A DNA stretch of 63,837 nucleotides, counting the filler, from Rhabdomonas costata (lineage: Eukaryota), in NCBI GenBank assembly GCA_019059605.1. It is 58 parts of 58 records of this genome, joined end to end, with 100 filler letters (N's around TTAATTAATTAA, not from the genome) between each part and the next. Parts side by side here need not be neighbours in the genome. Positions count along the whole stretch, not along the records: positions 1 to 1,003 come from JAHMHO010034298.1; positions 1,104 to 2,103 come from JAHMHO010034299.1; positions 2,204 to 3,206 come from JAHMHO010034300.1; positions 3,307 to 4,309 come from JAHMHO010034301.1; positions 4,410 to 5,412 come from JAHMHO010034303.1; positions 5,513 to 6,514 come from JAHMHO010034304.1; positions 6,615 to 7,617 come from JAHMHO010034305.1; positions 7,718 to 8,719 come from JAHMHO010034306.1; 50 more parts are not named here. One strand, given 5' to 3'. Within the stretch, counting starts at the first letter, position 1. Each line of letters starts with the position of its first letter. The notes under the pieces are model-generated. The model ran no database searches. It was not told the DNA's origin and saw nothing but the letters and a program-made list of their open reading frames with translations. Both the position numbers and the translations under genes were made by a program. This document shows positions 1 through 11,097 of the stretch, in pieces.

Positions 1-108
1 ATACGGTGTTAAACGCACACCTGGCCCACATTGCTTCACGGTTGAGGAAAGTGGTGCCTTTTTTCTAACTGCTCAAATGTGATGAAAATGTCTCGGTCGT
101 TTCCACAG

Positions 109-1003
109 GAGCGAAAGTTCAACAAGGAGGCGCCCAAGAAGGACATAGCCACCCTGGCCGAGGAGACCTTCGGCCTTCCCTCGGCGCCGTCCGAAGCGCT
201 GTCGCAGTGGTCTGCCGAGACCCTCAGCCAGGCGCAGATCGAATGGGCCGTGTCGTTGGCGGTGGTATGTGTCCACGTATACCACTCCAACCAGGACAAG
301 GTGCAAAAGATGATCCGGAGGCTTGCTTTGGCGTGCCCCGAAAAAGGCTGTCAGCGGTACTTCTCCACGGAGAAGTCGCTGGACCACCATCTCCAGGTGT
401 TGCAGAATTTGGGAAAGTTTTTCTTCTGCTGCCGTTCGGTGGTAGCAAGAAGTGGCTAGAAGGCCCTTCAGGGGCTCAAACCAATCAAAAAGGAGCAGGG
501 AGGACCTGTGTTTGTTGTTGAGAACTGGCCGGGTTCGGGTATTCGGATATTTGTTCGGTCTTATGTCCTGCAAACCTGTAAAAGGTGGCGCACAACCACC
601 CGGCGCCACTGGACCCGAACACCCACCAGTGCCCACGGTGCATCAAGCACTTCCGCTCCGCTACGGCGCTGGTGCAGCACATTGAGGTGGCTCATCCTGA
701 CCACAGCCTCCCTCGCCCAGGTACTCCCCATGTGCTTGTGTGCTTGGGTGCTGGGTGCTTGTGCGTTTGGTGAGGTGATTTCAAGTCCTTCACGCTGTTC
801 TTCAACCGTTCCCTACGGTGCGGCTGGACGGACACTGGCACCGTCCTCTGTCCCAGTAGTTGACCCAAAAGCTTGCCCACGTGAAAAAAAAACTCGCACA
901 CGCTTCTGCCACAGACACGACAGACGGTCTCACGCACACCTTCTACTGCGGGGACTGCGAGACGCGGTTTTCCAGCCGCGCCGAGTTGGAGGTGCACCAG
1001 GCG
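109..1003 (+). CDS. Spliced fragment: multi-C2H2 zinc-finger protein preceded by a 3'-5' exonuclease-like C-terminal segment
   Basis: Exons 109-396, 585-720 and 915-1003 join in frame across GT-AG introns. Fingers: CPEKGCQRYFSTEKSLDHHLQ|VAH (split by an intron), CPRCIKHFRSATALVQHIEVAH, CGDCETRFSSRAELEVHQ. Upstream SQWSAETLSQAQIEWA resembles the WRN/EXD-type ExoIII region. Confidence 0.8.
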
Positions 1004-1103
1004 NNNNNNNNNNNNNNNNNNNNNNNNNNNNNNNNNNNNNNNNNNNNTTAATTAATTAANNNNNNNNNNNNNNNNNNNNNNNNNNNNNNNNNNNNNNNNN
1101 NNN
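1004..1103. other. Artificial contig linker (first of 57): 44 N + TTAATTAATTAA + 44 N
   Basis: The identical 100-nt spacer recurs every ~1.1 kb. TTAATTAATTAA puts stops in all six frames. Contigs between spacers are almost all 1000-1004 bp. Confidence 0.99.
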
Positions 1104-1948
1104 GTTGGTTGTACTTTGATGTACAAGCGGACTCATTTCTTGTTGGGCGTGGGGGAGTGTGCCAGCTAGTGGGGATGTCAGGACCTTCCACGTCCCTGCC
1201 TCATTCTTGTTCTGGCAGGATGTCACCCCTTACTGTGGTTCCTGTGGAGTTTCTTCGGTGCTTCACTTTCCCCATGCCCCCGAATGCCGGATGCACAATG
1301 CCGAATGCAGAATGCAGACAGACAGACGAATCTACCTGTGCTGATCTTTAATCGTGTCGGTCTCTGGGTAAATCATGCTGTATCACTTGCGGTATTGATT
1401 GTTTTTATATTGATAGTTTTTAGTACTTGCAGAGAGAGTATTGATTCATCGGTGAGCCATTCGTACAACCCCAGAGTAACCGAGGTGGTAGGTGACTCGT
1501 CACCCGTCGCATTTCACCACTGAACCTGGTTTTCCGATCACAAGCAGAGCCAAGCGATCCTGGTTCATGTCGTGCCTCCATCGGGAAATGGATGCTTGCA
1601 AGCGCATTTTTTCTGTGGAACGTACTCACTTTGTGTTATGGGTTTCGACATTCCCTGTATGGAACATTTGGTTCTTGGCGGCAATATTCCTGGGTTGGGG
1701 TTAGTGGCCGCATTCCTCATGGCAATGCCCGCGCGACCTGACACACTCACATGAAAATCTGTGTTTCTCAGCGTCCACCTCCGTCTCGGAGCATTTGCTT
1801 TCGATTTCTGTTTGCTTCAGTTCAGAGCGTTTGAAATGCAGGGTGGCGTCCTGTTGATATATGATAAGTTATGACCTTTTCATTGTTCGCAGGTGTAGGC
1901 ACTTCCCTTTCTCTTCTTTTGATTTCAAGTGAATTGCTTCGAGAATTC

Positions 1949-2103
1949 ATGTTTCAGGCCCCCTTTTTCGATCGCCTGGCATCCAGCAAGTCCATCCTGC
2001 TGACCGGGATTGGTGGAGGCTATGACGTCTTCCTCACGATCCCGTTTTACTTCCAGCTCAAGGCTCACCTGCCTCACCTCGAGAAGATCATCCTAGACAA
2101 CAA
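1949..2103 (+). CDS. N-terminus of a DUF1152-like protein (truncated by contig end)
   Basis: MFQAPFFDRLASSKSILLTGIGGGYDVFLTIPFYFQL...IILDN fits the PxFxRL..xxVLxAGxGGGxDV..xPL...L.N start of DUF1152 proteins. A polypyrimidine tract and AG lie just upstream of the ATG. Confidence 0.65.
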
Positions 2104-2987
2104 NNNNNNNNNNNNNNNNNNNNNNNNNNNNNNNNNNNNNNNNNNNNTTAATTAATTAANNNNNNNNNNNNNNNNNNNNNNNNNNNNNNNNNNNNNNNNN
2201 NNNTGTTGGGTGGTGGGAACGTTGCCTGGGGGACAGGGAGAAATTAGGAGTGATCTGCCGCGAAAGCGACGCATAAGGGGCTTTTCTGGTGGCCGAGCTT
2301 ACCGCGTTATCGTTTAACGTTCTTAAACGGTGGTAGGCTACTTCTTACTGAGTCAAATGGAGATGACACCGTCTCTATATTGTAGTATTAGTGCAGCCCA
2401 AAGATTCAAGCCCTCCCCCTCCAACCCATGCCAACCCACCTCAGCAATTCTGGGGCGCTTTCGTGGGCTCTCGGACAGGGCCCTCAGCTCTCGCCGCCGT
2501 CTCGTGCTCCCCGAGCTGCCGTCCTCCACCGCTTTGCCCGCACTCTCCGCAGCCGCAGCAGTGCTCCCGTCACTAGAGGCTCCCTGAGTACACGTTTCAG
2601 GGCAGAATCTTGCACTGCACACTCACCCCAACCCTCACTCTCTCATAAAAAGTAACAAAGACACGGAGACCGCTACACATGCTTCAACAGAGAGCATGAA
2701 TGAATCTCTCCACCCAAACACGACGTATAGGATATCATTAAGGGTAGTGTTCCGCTCGCTAGTTGTTGACACAACAGGTGATCCTGAATGTCAATTATTG
2801 CCGTGCATAGAGAATGGCGTGATTACCTAGTGTGCCACAAAAGAAGACAAACCGAAGCACAGCAATGCCGTCTTCCCCTGACCATGGGTTCCTTAGTTTT
2901 CCCCCCGAAACTGACGTTTCGTGATAATGCCACGGAATACGAAGGTCGTTCCACAAAATTCGGCATTTCCAGAGGGGAGAGGAAATG

Positions 2988-3027
2988 GATGCGATGCGAT
3001 GCGATGCGATGCGATGCGATGCGGTGC
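2988..3027. repeat. (GATGC)7 pentanucleotide microsatellite
   Basis: Seven exact GATGC units followed by one GGTGC. Confidence 0.95.
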
Positions 3028-5512
3028 GAATCTGTCAACGAGAGGCTGAATTTGCGAATCAAATGGTGGTGTGATGGCAAACCGCCGGAGCAGAGGAGGA
3101 GCCCAAGGGGCGGTGAGACATCGGGAAAGCATCTCGGCGCCTTCGAGCGGCCTTGAGCCTGCTGATCTCCTCCCGCAACTCCCCAATAATCTGAGAAAAC
3201 CCAACCNNNNNNNNNNNNNNNNNNNNNNNNNNNNNNNNNNNNNNNNNNNNTTAATTAATTAANNNNNNNNNNNNNNNNNNNNNNNNNNNNNNNNNNNNNN
3301 NNNNNNGTGTTGGTTTTATGTGCTCTCCTGAGCGACGGCGTTGCTGCAGGCTTGATCGGCCTCTTTTTTCTCGTCCCCTCTTCGTAGGTGTCATGAACTT
3401 TTCACATTCGCTGATCTGTGCGTTCGAACGATACAGGTCTGTCTACCTTCCAGGAAAAAGGGCCCCCTGAGGGCACCTGATAGTGCCTGAGTAGCGCTAC
3501 TTTTTAGTTTTTCTGCGATACGTTTAAACTTTGTCGGTATGTGTCGCAGGCTGAGCGGTGCCGGTGCGAGCGTGAAGTGCCTCCGAACTATCATTATTCA
3601 CCTATTGTTTCCAATTTGCAATTCCAGGTACAGTGCTGCGAGACTGACCGACTCCAAACACCAACCGTTCCCCACCATTTTTCTCTCCACGGGCTATCCT
3701 TTTGAGATACGGTGCGGAGGGAAACTCCCCTCCTGAGGCCATCGGGGTTCGTCTTGCGGAGGGGTTATAAGCTGCCAGAAGTGTGATGAACGGACGAGAG
3801 GGTATGCAGACGACTTCGTGCTGTGAACGGGCTTGTAGTGGAAACACCCCCGTTTCTCCCACTCCCAGGGTTTCGTGGCGTTGTTTCGTGCTCCTCTGTG
3901 TCTGTGTCGTGGACCGTTGGACGATGTATTAATTGCTTTCGTGTTGTGGTGAGAAGTCGACGCAATTTAATCGATGGCAATGATGACGCATACTATGACA
4001 AAGCACTGGTACAAAAAACGCGGCAAAACGCTGCAAAGCCCTAATAAAGGCCCCTTTTGGCGCCCCTTTTGGCCCTTGAACTGACCACGGAGAAGGCATA
4101 GACGCCACGCCCTTGACCGTCTTCCACACCCGCATGGAGTACTCCTGGAATCTCAATTTAGGAAAGGTGCCGGCCAAGGAAGACCAATCTGTACGCCCAA
4201 CAGCCATTTGATTGTCAAAAGGGCCGTTGGTCACTTCAAAGCGCTTAAGTCAAGAAGCACCAAACAAGGCCCTTTTGGGCAAGTTTCGATAGGTTTTCAA
4301 CCCCACCCCNNNNNNNNNNNNNNNNNNNNNNNNNNNNNNNNNNNNNNNNNNNNTTAATTAATTAANNNNNNNNNNNNNNNNNNNNNNNNNNNNNNNNNNN
4401 NNNNNNNNNGGTTGGGGGGTCATTGAACTTTGACCATTGACCGGTGCGGTTTTATGGCCTGTTGAAACTCTCATTGCAGTGCTTTGTCAGACATATTTGC
4501 CAGCCTTATCAGTTCCCACACACACACATTAAAGGCAAGAAAAAAGGATAGGGGAGAAAAAAGCTTCATTTGCCATTTGACAGTTGTAGCCCACTGCAAC
4601 ACACACAAAGGCAGCTACCATTTTTTAGCGATTGTGCAGGACCAACCGTTTGGGTAAGTTCCGGATGCAATGGCCACGAACGGAGAAGAACAGGAGAGCA
4701 CGAGAGTATGCGTCAGTCCGATAAATGAGCATTCCGGTACCTTGTTTGGTTGGAAGATGTCATTTGTTTTTTTGGGATTGGATACACCGCCCTTTCCTCT
4801 TCATAGACTTCGTTCCCCTTCGGGATTAGGTCCTGTGCTTCGTGGGTAAGTCGAGGACCCTTGGAGGCCACCTGGGGACCACCGACATCTGAGGGCTTGG
4901 GGGTTCCCGACCCTGAAAGCGTTTGAGCCTTTGGCTCCATCTGAAGGCGGGGTACCACTGCGCATAGTTCTCCGACCTTTTCCTCCCGTATGATTTCCTG
5001 CTCACCTTCTATGGGATTCAGTGGGTGATAAGCAGCACCTTTGGCGCATTCCTTCTGCTGGTGTGGGGGCGGTGGTGGACGTGGTCTGGACCCAAAATGC
5101 CGGCTGGTCTCGGTGGGAGGACCTGGCAGCGTGTCCCGTGGGGTTGTAGAACTGCATATTGTTGGGGACAGCAGTGAAGAAGAAAGGAAGAGAAAACAGG
5201 TGCACCAACGCGTTTGAGAAAAACACAAAAACATGCAAGGCCAAGATGCGGTGGGTGGATGGAAAACTCAAGATGTTGCGGTGTTCCCATAACCTCCAAA
5301 TGGGAACGCTTAAACAGAAGCTTTTCGCGCTCTTTCCCATAGAAATGCTAGTGTTGTGCATTTTTCCCTGGGCAGCATTCGCAATAAGACAATGGTTTGA
5401 AAACCCAACAAANNNNNNNNNNNNNNNNNNNNNNNNNNNNNNNNNNNNNNNNNNNNTTAATTAATTAANNNNNNNNNNNNNNNNNNNNNNNNNNNNNNNN
5501 NNNNNNNNNNNN

Positions 5513-6020
5513 GTTGTGAGGTTGAATGGGATGCGTCATTTGCAGAAAACCACGAAAGAAACGTATACCACAGCGTTGTACAAGTTTCTTTCGTGGTTTT
5601 CTGCAAATGACGCATCCCATTCAACCTCACAATCCGTTATTGACACCACCCAGTTACTTCGTCTCTCCTGCAACACCTCCCCGGCTATCCTAGTGCCACG
5701 TGTTTCTTGTGGCTTCAACGCTTGCGGTGCGCACCTGGGCTGGGAACCAGTTTTGCCCGCCTGCTTTTGGACGGCTGCCAATGGATTACAAGCGCTGCTT
5801 ATCTCCTTCTTCTATCACGTGTTTCTGAAGCGCGTCGCCTGCGGTCTGCTGACTTAAATGCTACTGGACTCCGTTTGCTGCCTGCGAAAACCCACCGGGC
5901 CCCCGACTGGCGGACCGCCTCGACCGAGGAGGTGCAGGGTAGCGGCGGCGCCGCGACGGAGGGCGTGCCAGGTGATGTGCTCAGAGACATGGGGGGCTGC
6001 AAGGCAGGGAAGGAGTTGGA
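5513..6020 (+). mobile_element. Degenerate, internally deleted tyrosine-recombinase ORF (YR retrotransposon or Crypton-like relic)
   Basis: In order: TKETYTTALYKFLSWF (N-terminal binding helix), ALLISFF then a frameshift to LSRVSEARRLRSADL (catalytic-Arg box), LLPAKTHRAP (catalytic Lys), SGGAAT...GVPGDVLRDMGG (box II remnant). Confidence 0.55.
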
Positions 6021-7967
6021 GTGCTTGGGCGGGGTTGGATTGTTGGCGACCTCGCAAGGACTCGCGCAGATAGGCATTGGGAAAGGAATGGGGGTCTCCC
6101 TCTCGCTGACCTCTGCCGGTGGGGGCGCTACCCCCCGCACTGCCGGCCGGCATCAACAACGAACCGTACCGCTTCCATGCTCTCTCCCTAACCCCCACTC
6201 TGCTCACACCACCCTCTTCTCTACCTTCGAACTCTGGCCTGCCGGACTCTTCAATTGGGCTGATCCTCCAGTGCCTTCGCCTCCTGCCCAGCCGGACTCC
6301 TCAGCTCTCCGGCACAGCACCGGTGGTGCTGTCACGCTCTTCACCACTATCTCCTGCAACTGCCCTGTCATCCCATATGGCCACCGGCTCCACTCAGGCA
6401 GCTGCTCCAATTTCTCGGGGACGCCCCAACCGTGGACCTCGACTCAAGCGACACGCAGTCACCGCCCCCGACGCCACCGCAGTGGTACCCTCTGATCTCT
6501 GGAACCAACCACCCNNNNNNNNNNNNNNNNNNNNNNNNNNNNNNNNNNNNNNNNNNNNTTAATTAATTAANNNNNNNNNNNNNNNNNNNNNNNNNNNNNN
6601 NNNNNNNNNNNNNNGTTTGTGTTGCCGCACTGTCTTTTGACCAACACTTTTTTGCGACACTGCGCAGAATCTAATTATTGATATTAAGAGAAAGTTGGTA
6701 TTCTTCGGACGCAACAAAGTGTTGGTCACAAGACAGTGCGGCAAGTCAACGTCAAGCGGTTCACAACACATAAGACATTTATGAACAGGGCTCAGGCTCT
6801 GTATGAAGAGGTGGGGGGGGGGACTCTGCGATCGGCAACGGTTGTTCTGGAACTGGGGATAGTGGTTGCACACCAGGTTGTGCGGAATGGGGTTCGGCAA
6901 TTTGTGGCAGTACAATGGTAGCTCGTTTTTTTGGGGCGTTTCGGATGAGGTCTTGCCAGCAGTGTCACACGCCGTCTATCCGCCGAGCATCTTATGTGCC
7001 TCCTACCTCTTGCGGGTGGTCGTGGCTCTGGGCTCCGCTTCTGACAGCCTGTATCCCGACTTAGCTTGCACTAAGTGGGCGCTGCCGCGGTTCACCTGGG
7101 TGGAAACACCCAGAACGAGGCTGAGTTTATCCCGATCCCGGTCTGGCTCCCTCTCTTTGTGCGCTGCGGTCTGTCGCCGCCGCGTGGGCTATATCTTTGG
7201 TTCCTGCCTTGGGTGTTTGTGGCGTCGGGCTCTTCGGCTCCGCGCTTGCTTGCTCTAACTGTGGGCGGGGGCTCTTTAGCTGAGGCGGGGCCGTGGTTTA
7301 GCTGGACTTCTCTTGCTGTGGCTTCTGCTGGCTGCTCGTTTCAAAGGCCTTTGCTTTCGAGGGTTCCACTGGAAGGTGGGGTCCTGGAGGTCTTGCCTCT
7401 ACCCAGCAGTCCGCTTACACCTTTCCCACCCAAAAACAAGGCGAGCAAGAAGGGAACGGCACCAAAGCACAGCACAGGGGAAAGTGAGAAGGTTCAGCTC
7501 TCAACCTTTTTAGCCATGGATCGCCTCTACCTCGCTTTAGCCTCGCTCCGCTGAGCTTTTTAGCTGCGACCTGTAAAATAGGTAAACAGCTTTCTAATCA
7601 CAACCCAAAAGCACCACNNNNNNNNNNNNNNNNNNNNNNNNNNNNNNNNNNNNNNNNNNNNTTAATTAATTAANNNNNNNNNNNNNNNNNNNNNNNNNNN
7701 NNNNNNNNNNNNNNNNNGGGGTTGGGTCAGCGGGCCCCCTGACCCAGCCACCCTGGTGTACAAGTAATCCCAGCGCCGATCTCCCTTTCGCTGGTTTTTT
7801 TGTGCATGTGTGGTAGTTGGCAATAGCTGATTATTGCAGTTGACTCTTTGTAATATTCAACCCCTTTCAGCTGCAACAATCTTTCGCTGTCATTGTTTGT
7901 TTGTGTTTGTGCGGAAGAGGCTCTGGAGATCGGTTTCCTACGGATACCCTGTTCCTGTTTTGTTCAG

Positions 7968-8555
7968 GGATCCTGCAGTTGTCAACACTGGGCCACCCTT
8001 GCACCCCTTGGACAGCACTCTTCCCGACGCCCGCACCGTGTACGTCTCCAACGCTCCTGCTCACCTCACTGAGAAGGTGCACTTTTTGTTGATTTGGTAT
8101 GTCTGCCCGCATGTTGGCCCCCTTTTCAGGTGGAATATTTTAAATCTTGGGTGTTAGTGAGAGCATGACTGAGATGTACCAAATGGGCTGGTACCCAAAG
8201 CTCAACCAGAGGCTTGAACCTTGTTCACGACCATTACCGGGCTGCTGCAGCCTGCATGTTATGTGCTGCACAATTGCGGATCGCCAATCCAGAAGACTCC
8301 GAGAACGCACACAGCTGATGAGAGCAGAAGGCAACGGTCGACCCACTCAAACGCAGAAAACACACACACGCACCCCCTCAACGAGCTTCGCGTAGTTTTA
8401 GTGTCTGTCTCCGCTTGCCTGCTTGCAGGAGTGGCAGACCTTTTTTAGCGCGATCGGTAATGTCAACCGAGTGAAGCTATGCAACGAGTCGGGCAGCGGC
8501 ACGCGGTTCCTGTTTCTGCAGTTCGACACGGTGAAGCAGGCTCACGACGCCATTG
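7968..8555 (+). CDS. Spliced RRM-domain RNA-binding protein fragment
   Basis: Exons 7968-8076 (ARTVYVSNAPAHLTEK, RNP2) and 8429-8555 (EWQTFFSAIGNVNRVKLC...RFLFLQFDTVKQAHDAI, RNP1-like) join in frame across a GT-AG intron. Confidence 0.85.
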
Positions 8556-9275
8556 GTTTGCATGCAATTTTGCATCTCGAACATCTCATCCACGGCGTGT
8601 GCGTGCTGTAAATTGGCGCATGTCGGTTCATCAGACTCTGTGCGTGTTGTCTTCATTCGACTGGGCTTCGTTGGCAGACGTGATTCTTGGTTAGAGTGAA
8701 AAGCGAGTCATACAAAAACNNNNNNNNNNNNNNNNNNNNNNNNNNNNNNNNNNNNNNNNNNNNTTAATTAATTAANNNNNNNNNNNNNNNNNNNNNNNNN
8801 NNNNNNNNNNNNNNNNNNNTGTTTTTTGGAACGGGCGCGGGGGTGGCTCACTGCGTGCTGCCTTATTTATCCCAGATCTGGCTCGGCGCCGGCTGAACCT
8901 GCATTACGAGAAGATGCTCCGTGAATATGGGGACAACTTTTTCCACTGCGGTGCGTTCCCTGATGATGTATCAGCTGGTGTTTCTGCTCCTTTTTGATTG
9001 ATGTGTCACCCTCTGTCCTTCTGTATTGTATGTTTTTCTGCACTTCCGGGCTCACTATTCTGGACTTCACACTATTACGAAATCACGCGAGTTTCTACCT
9101 TTGGAACATGATTGACCGCTGATTTGGAGTGTCTTAGGCGTACGTTTCGCGTCCTATGCGAACGTCCAGCATATTTTGGTGCACTTTACAGCATTGAAAA
9201 TTACCCGCAAAATAGCCAGCCTTGCGTTTTTTCTGTTCGACCCTTTCAACTTTCAACCCAATTCCTGCGATCCAG

Positions 9276-9388
9276 GCCGGACGGACACCGAGTTCCGCCA
9301 AGACATATTACGTCTGCAGGAGCTCTACTTAGAGGAGCAGATCCTTCACTCCTCTGGGCCAGACGACGACGAGGAAGATGACCTTTAG
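9276..9388 (+). CDS. Probable terminal exon of an unknown protein with an acidic tail
   Basis: CAG acceptor, then RTDTEFRQDILRLQELYLEEQILHSSGPDDDEEDDL and a TAG stop, with coding-like codon usage. Confidence 0.5.
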
Positions 9389-10630
9389 GCAACAGGGCGA
9401 TGAAGTGACTGTGAACGGAACAAGAGCGTTAGGTGTTGTCGCCAAAGTAGATCTATTGTGTGATGAACAATGTATGGTGGCACCTTTGGTGCTGTCGTGG
9501 GCCCCCTTGCGGTGTCAAGCCGTGTGCTTCCCAGAGATGCGCAGTGGTGTCGCATCTTCTTCACATTGACATTGTTTGTCCTTTTTGCTTTGCTTTGCCG
9601 CGCTTGCGCTGTGCTTGCCTGGGCCCTTCCAGGAACCTTTACTGTTTTTGGTTTTTGTTGGGGTCTTTTTGGACCCTAGCCCAACCAACAGTGAATTGGG
9701 CGCTGAAATATCAATTGTTGGGTTCGTCAATATCGGGAATGGGAAGTCCCGATTTTGCCTTCATATGGAAATGTCTGAAACTGACGAACACCACCCCCCC
9801 CCCCAACACACATACGCCAGCNNNNNNNNNNNNNNNNNNNNNNNNNNNNNNNNNNNNNNNNNNNNTTAATTAATTAANNNNNNNNNNNNNNNNNNNNNNN
9901 NNNNNNNNNNNNNNNNNNNNNTGTTGGTGTGTTTGGTTTGGTTGTGATTTGGGCCTCTGCGTGAGGCCCCGCTTGAGAGAGCTTTCTGGATGGTGTGGGA
10001 GGAGGGTGGTGCATTGGTGGAGTCCTACAGTACACGACGGCACCACATAGGAAAGAGGATCGGAAAGACTTGCGAGCGTTAAGCCAGTAGGGGGCTTTCA
10101 CACTAGAGAGTCTGCCCATCCCCCGGGTCGCGCTGGCCATTCTTTCCTCAGCATAAAAATAGGTCCCATGGTTGTTGAGAGGACGGGCCCCGGCGCGTAT
10201 CTCGTTCTTCCCAGGCTAGAGATCAAGACGCCTCTGGGGTCTACTTTGAGTCCACAGCCGGAAATTTAAAATAAGCAGCATCACATAACTTTCACTTATC
10301 TGACACAACGACGTGCTTGTCATTTGGTGGAACACCGTGAGCATCCAGTTGGACCTACTCACCCGCTGCCTGATCTCGCTTCCTAACTTAGTTTTTATGA
10401 CTTGCAGAAGTGCGCGAGAATTACTGTGCGAGCCTTTTTCCAGTTGAGATTTCCCGGGTTGCCGCTCTCGGTTACTTAGGTATGATTCAGGCGACTCACC
10501 CCTTTCTTTCCCTGGCCTTCTCTTTCTTTCTGTGAGGTACATTGCTGTGCTCTGGTGACTTTGTTGTGTGTCTGGCGGGTCGTGGGTGTTCACTGATATT
10601 TGGTGGCTTCTGTGGTGTTCTTGTGAAACG

Positions 10631-10729
10631 ATGGACCACCTGAAGCCCCCTAAAGTGGTGATGCCCGGGGTCGAGGAGAATGACGAGCCCCCCGAGAAGG
10701 TCGCCGAGGAAGTCGTCGCATCTGGCCAG
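10631..10729 (+). CDS. Probable first coding exon of an unknown protein
   Basis: MDHLKPPKVVMPGVEENDEPPEKVAEEVVASGQ with GC3-rich codons, ending at CAG|GT. Confidence 0.45.
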
Positions 10730-11030
10730 GTCGTGTGCCCCCCCCCCGTGCGTAGCGCTATTCCCCCAAAAGGCCCCGCACGTGGGGTACCTGTTCCCCT
10801 CACAAATCTCTTCAGCATTTTCCTGCTCTCCAAATTCATCCCCATCTTCCACGGCACCAGCACCACAATATGCAGAAACAGTAAATAGAAGTGCCATTAC
10901 CACGCAGGCGTGTGAGCAACGGGNNNNNNNNNNNNNNNNNNNNNNNNNNNNNNNNNNNNNNNNNNNNTTAATTAATTAANNNNNNNNNNNNNNNNNNNNN
11001 NNNNNNNNNNNNNNNNNNNNNNNGGTTGGG

Positions 11031-11097
11031 GTTTAATTGGCCGTTACCAAAAAATTTAAAATTTAACAATCATTTTTTTGGTAACGGCCAATTAAAC
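11031..11097. repeat. Contig-terminal inverted repeat (24-bp arms), probable amplification fold-back
   Basis: GTTTAATTGGCCGTTACCAAAAAA (11031-11054) pairs with 11074-11097, directly after a G/T tail at the contig start. Confidence 0.85.

Noticed and set aside
6850-6921. Chromodomain-like IVVAHQVVRNGVRQFVAVQW
   Set aside because: A stop follows immediately and there is no properly spaced TWEP motif, so it is too weak to call.
8314-8360. Hammerhead ribozyme at CTGATGAG
   Set aside because: No matching stem II followed by GAAA or a cleavage triplet.
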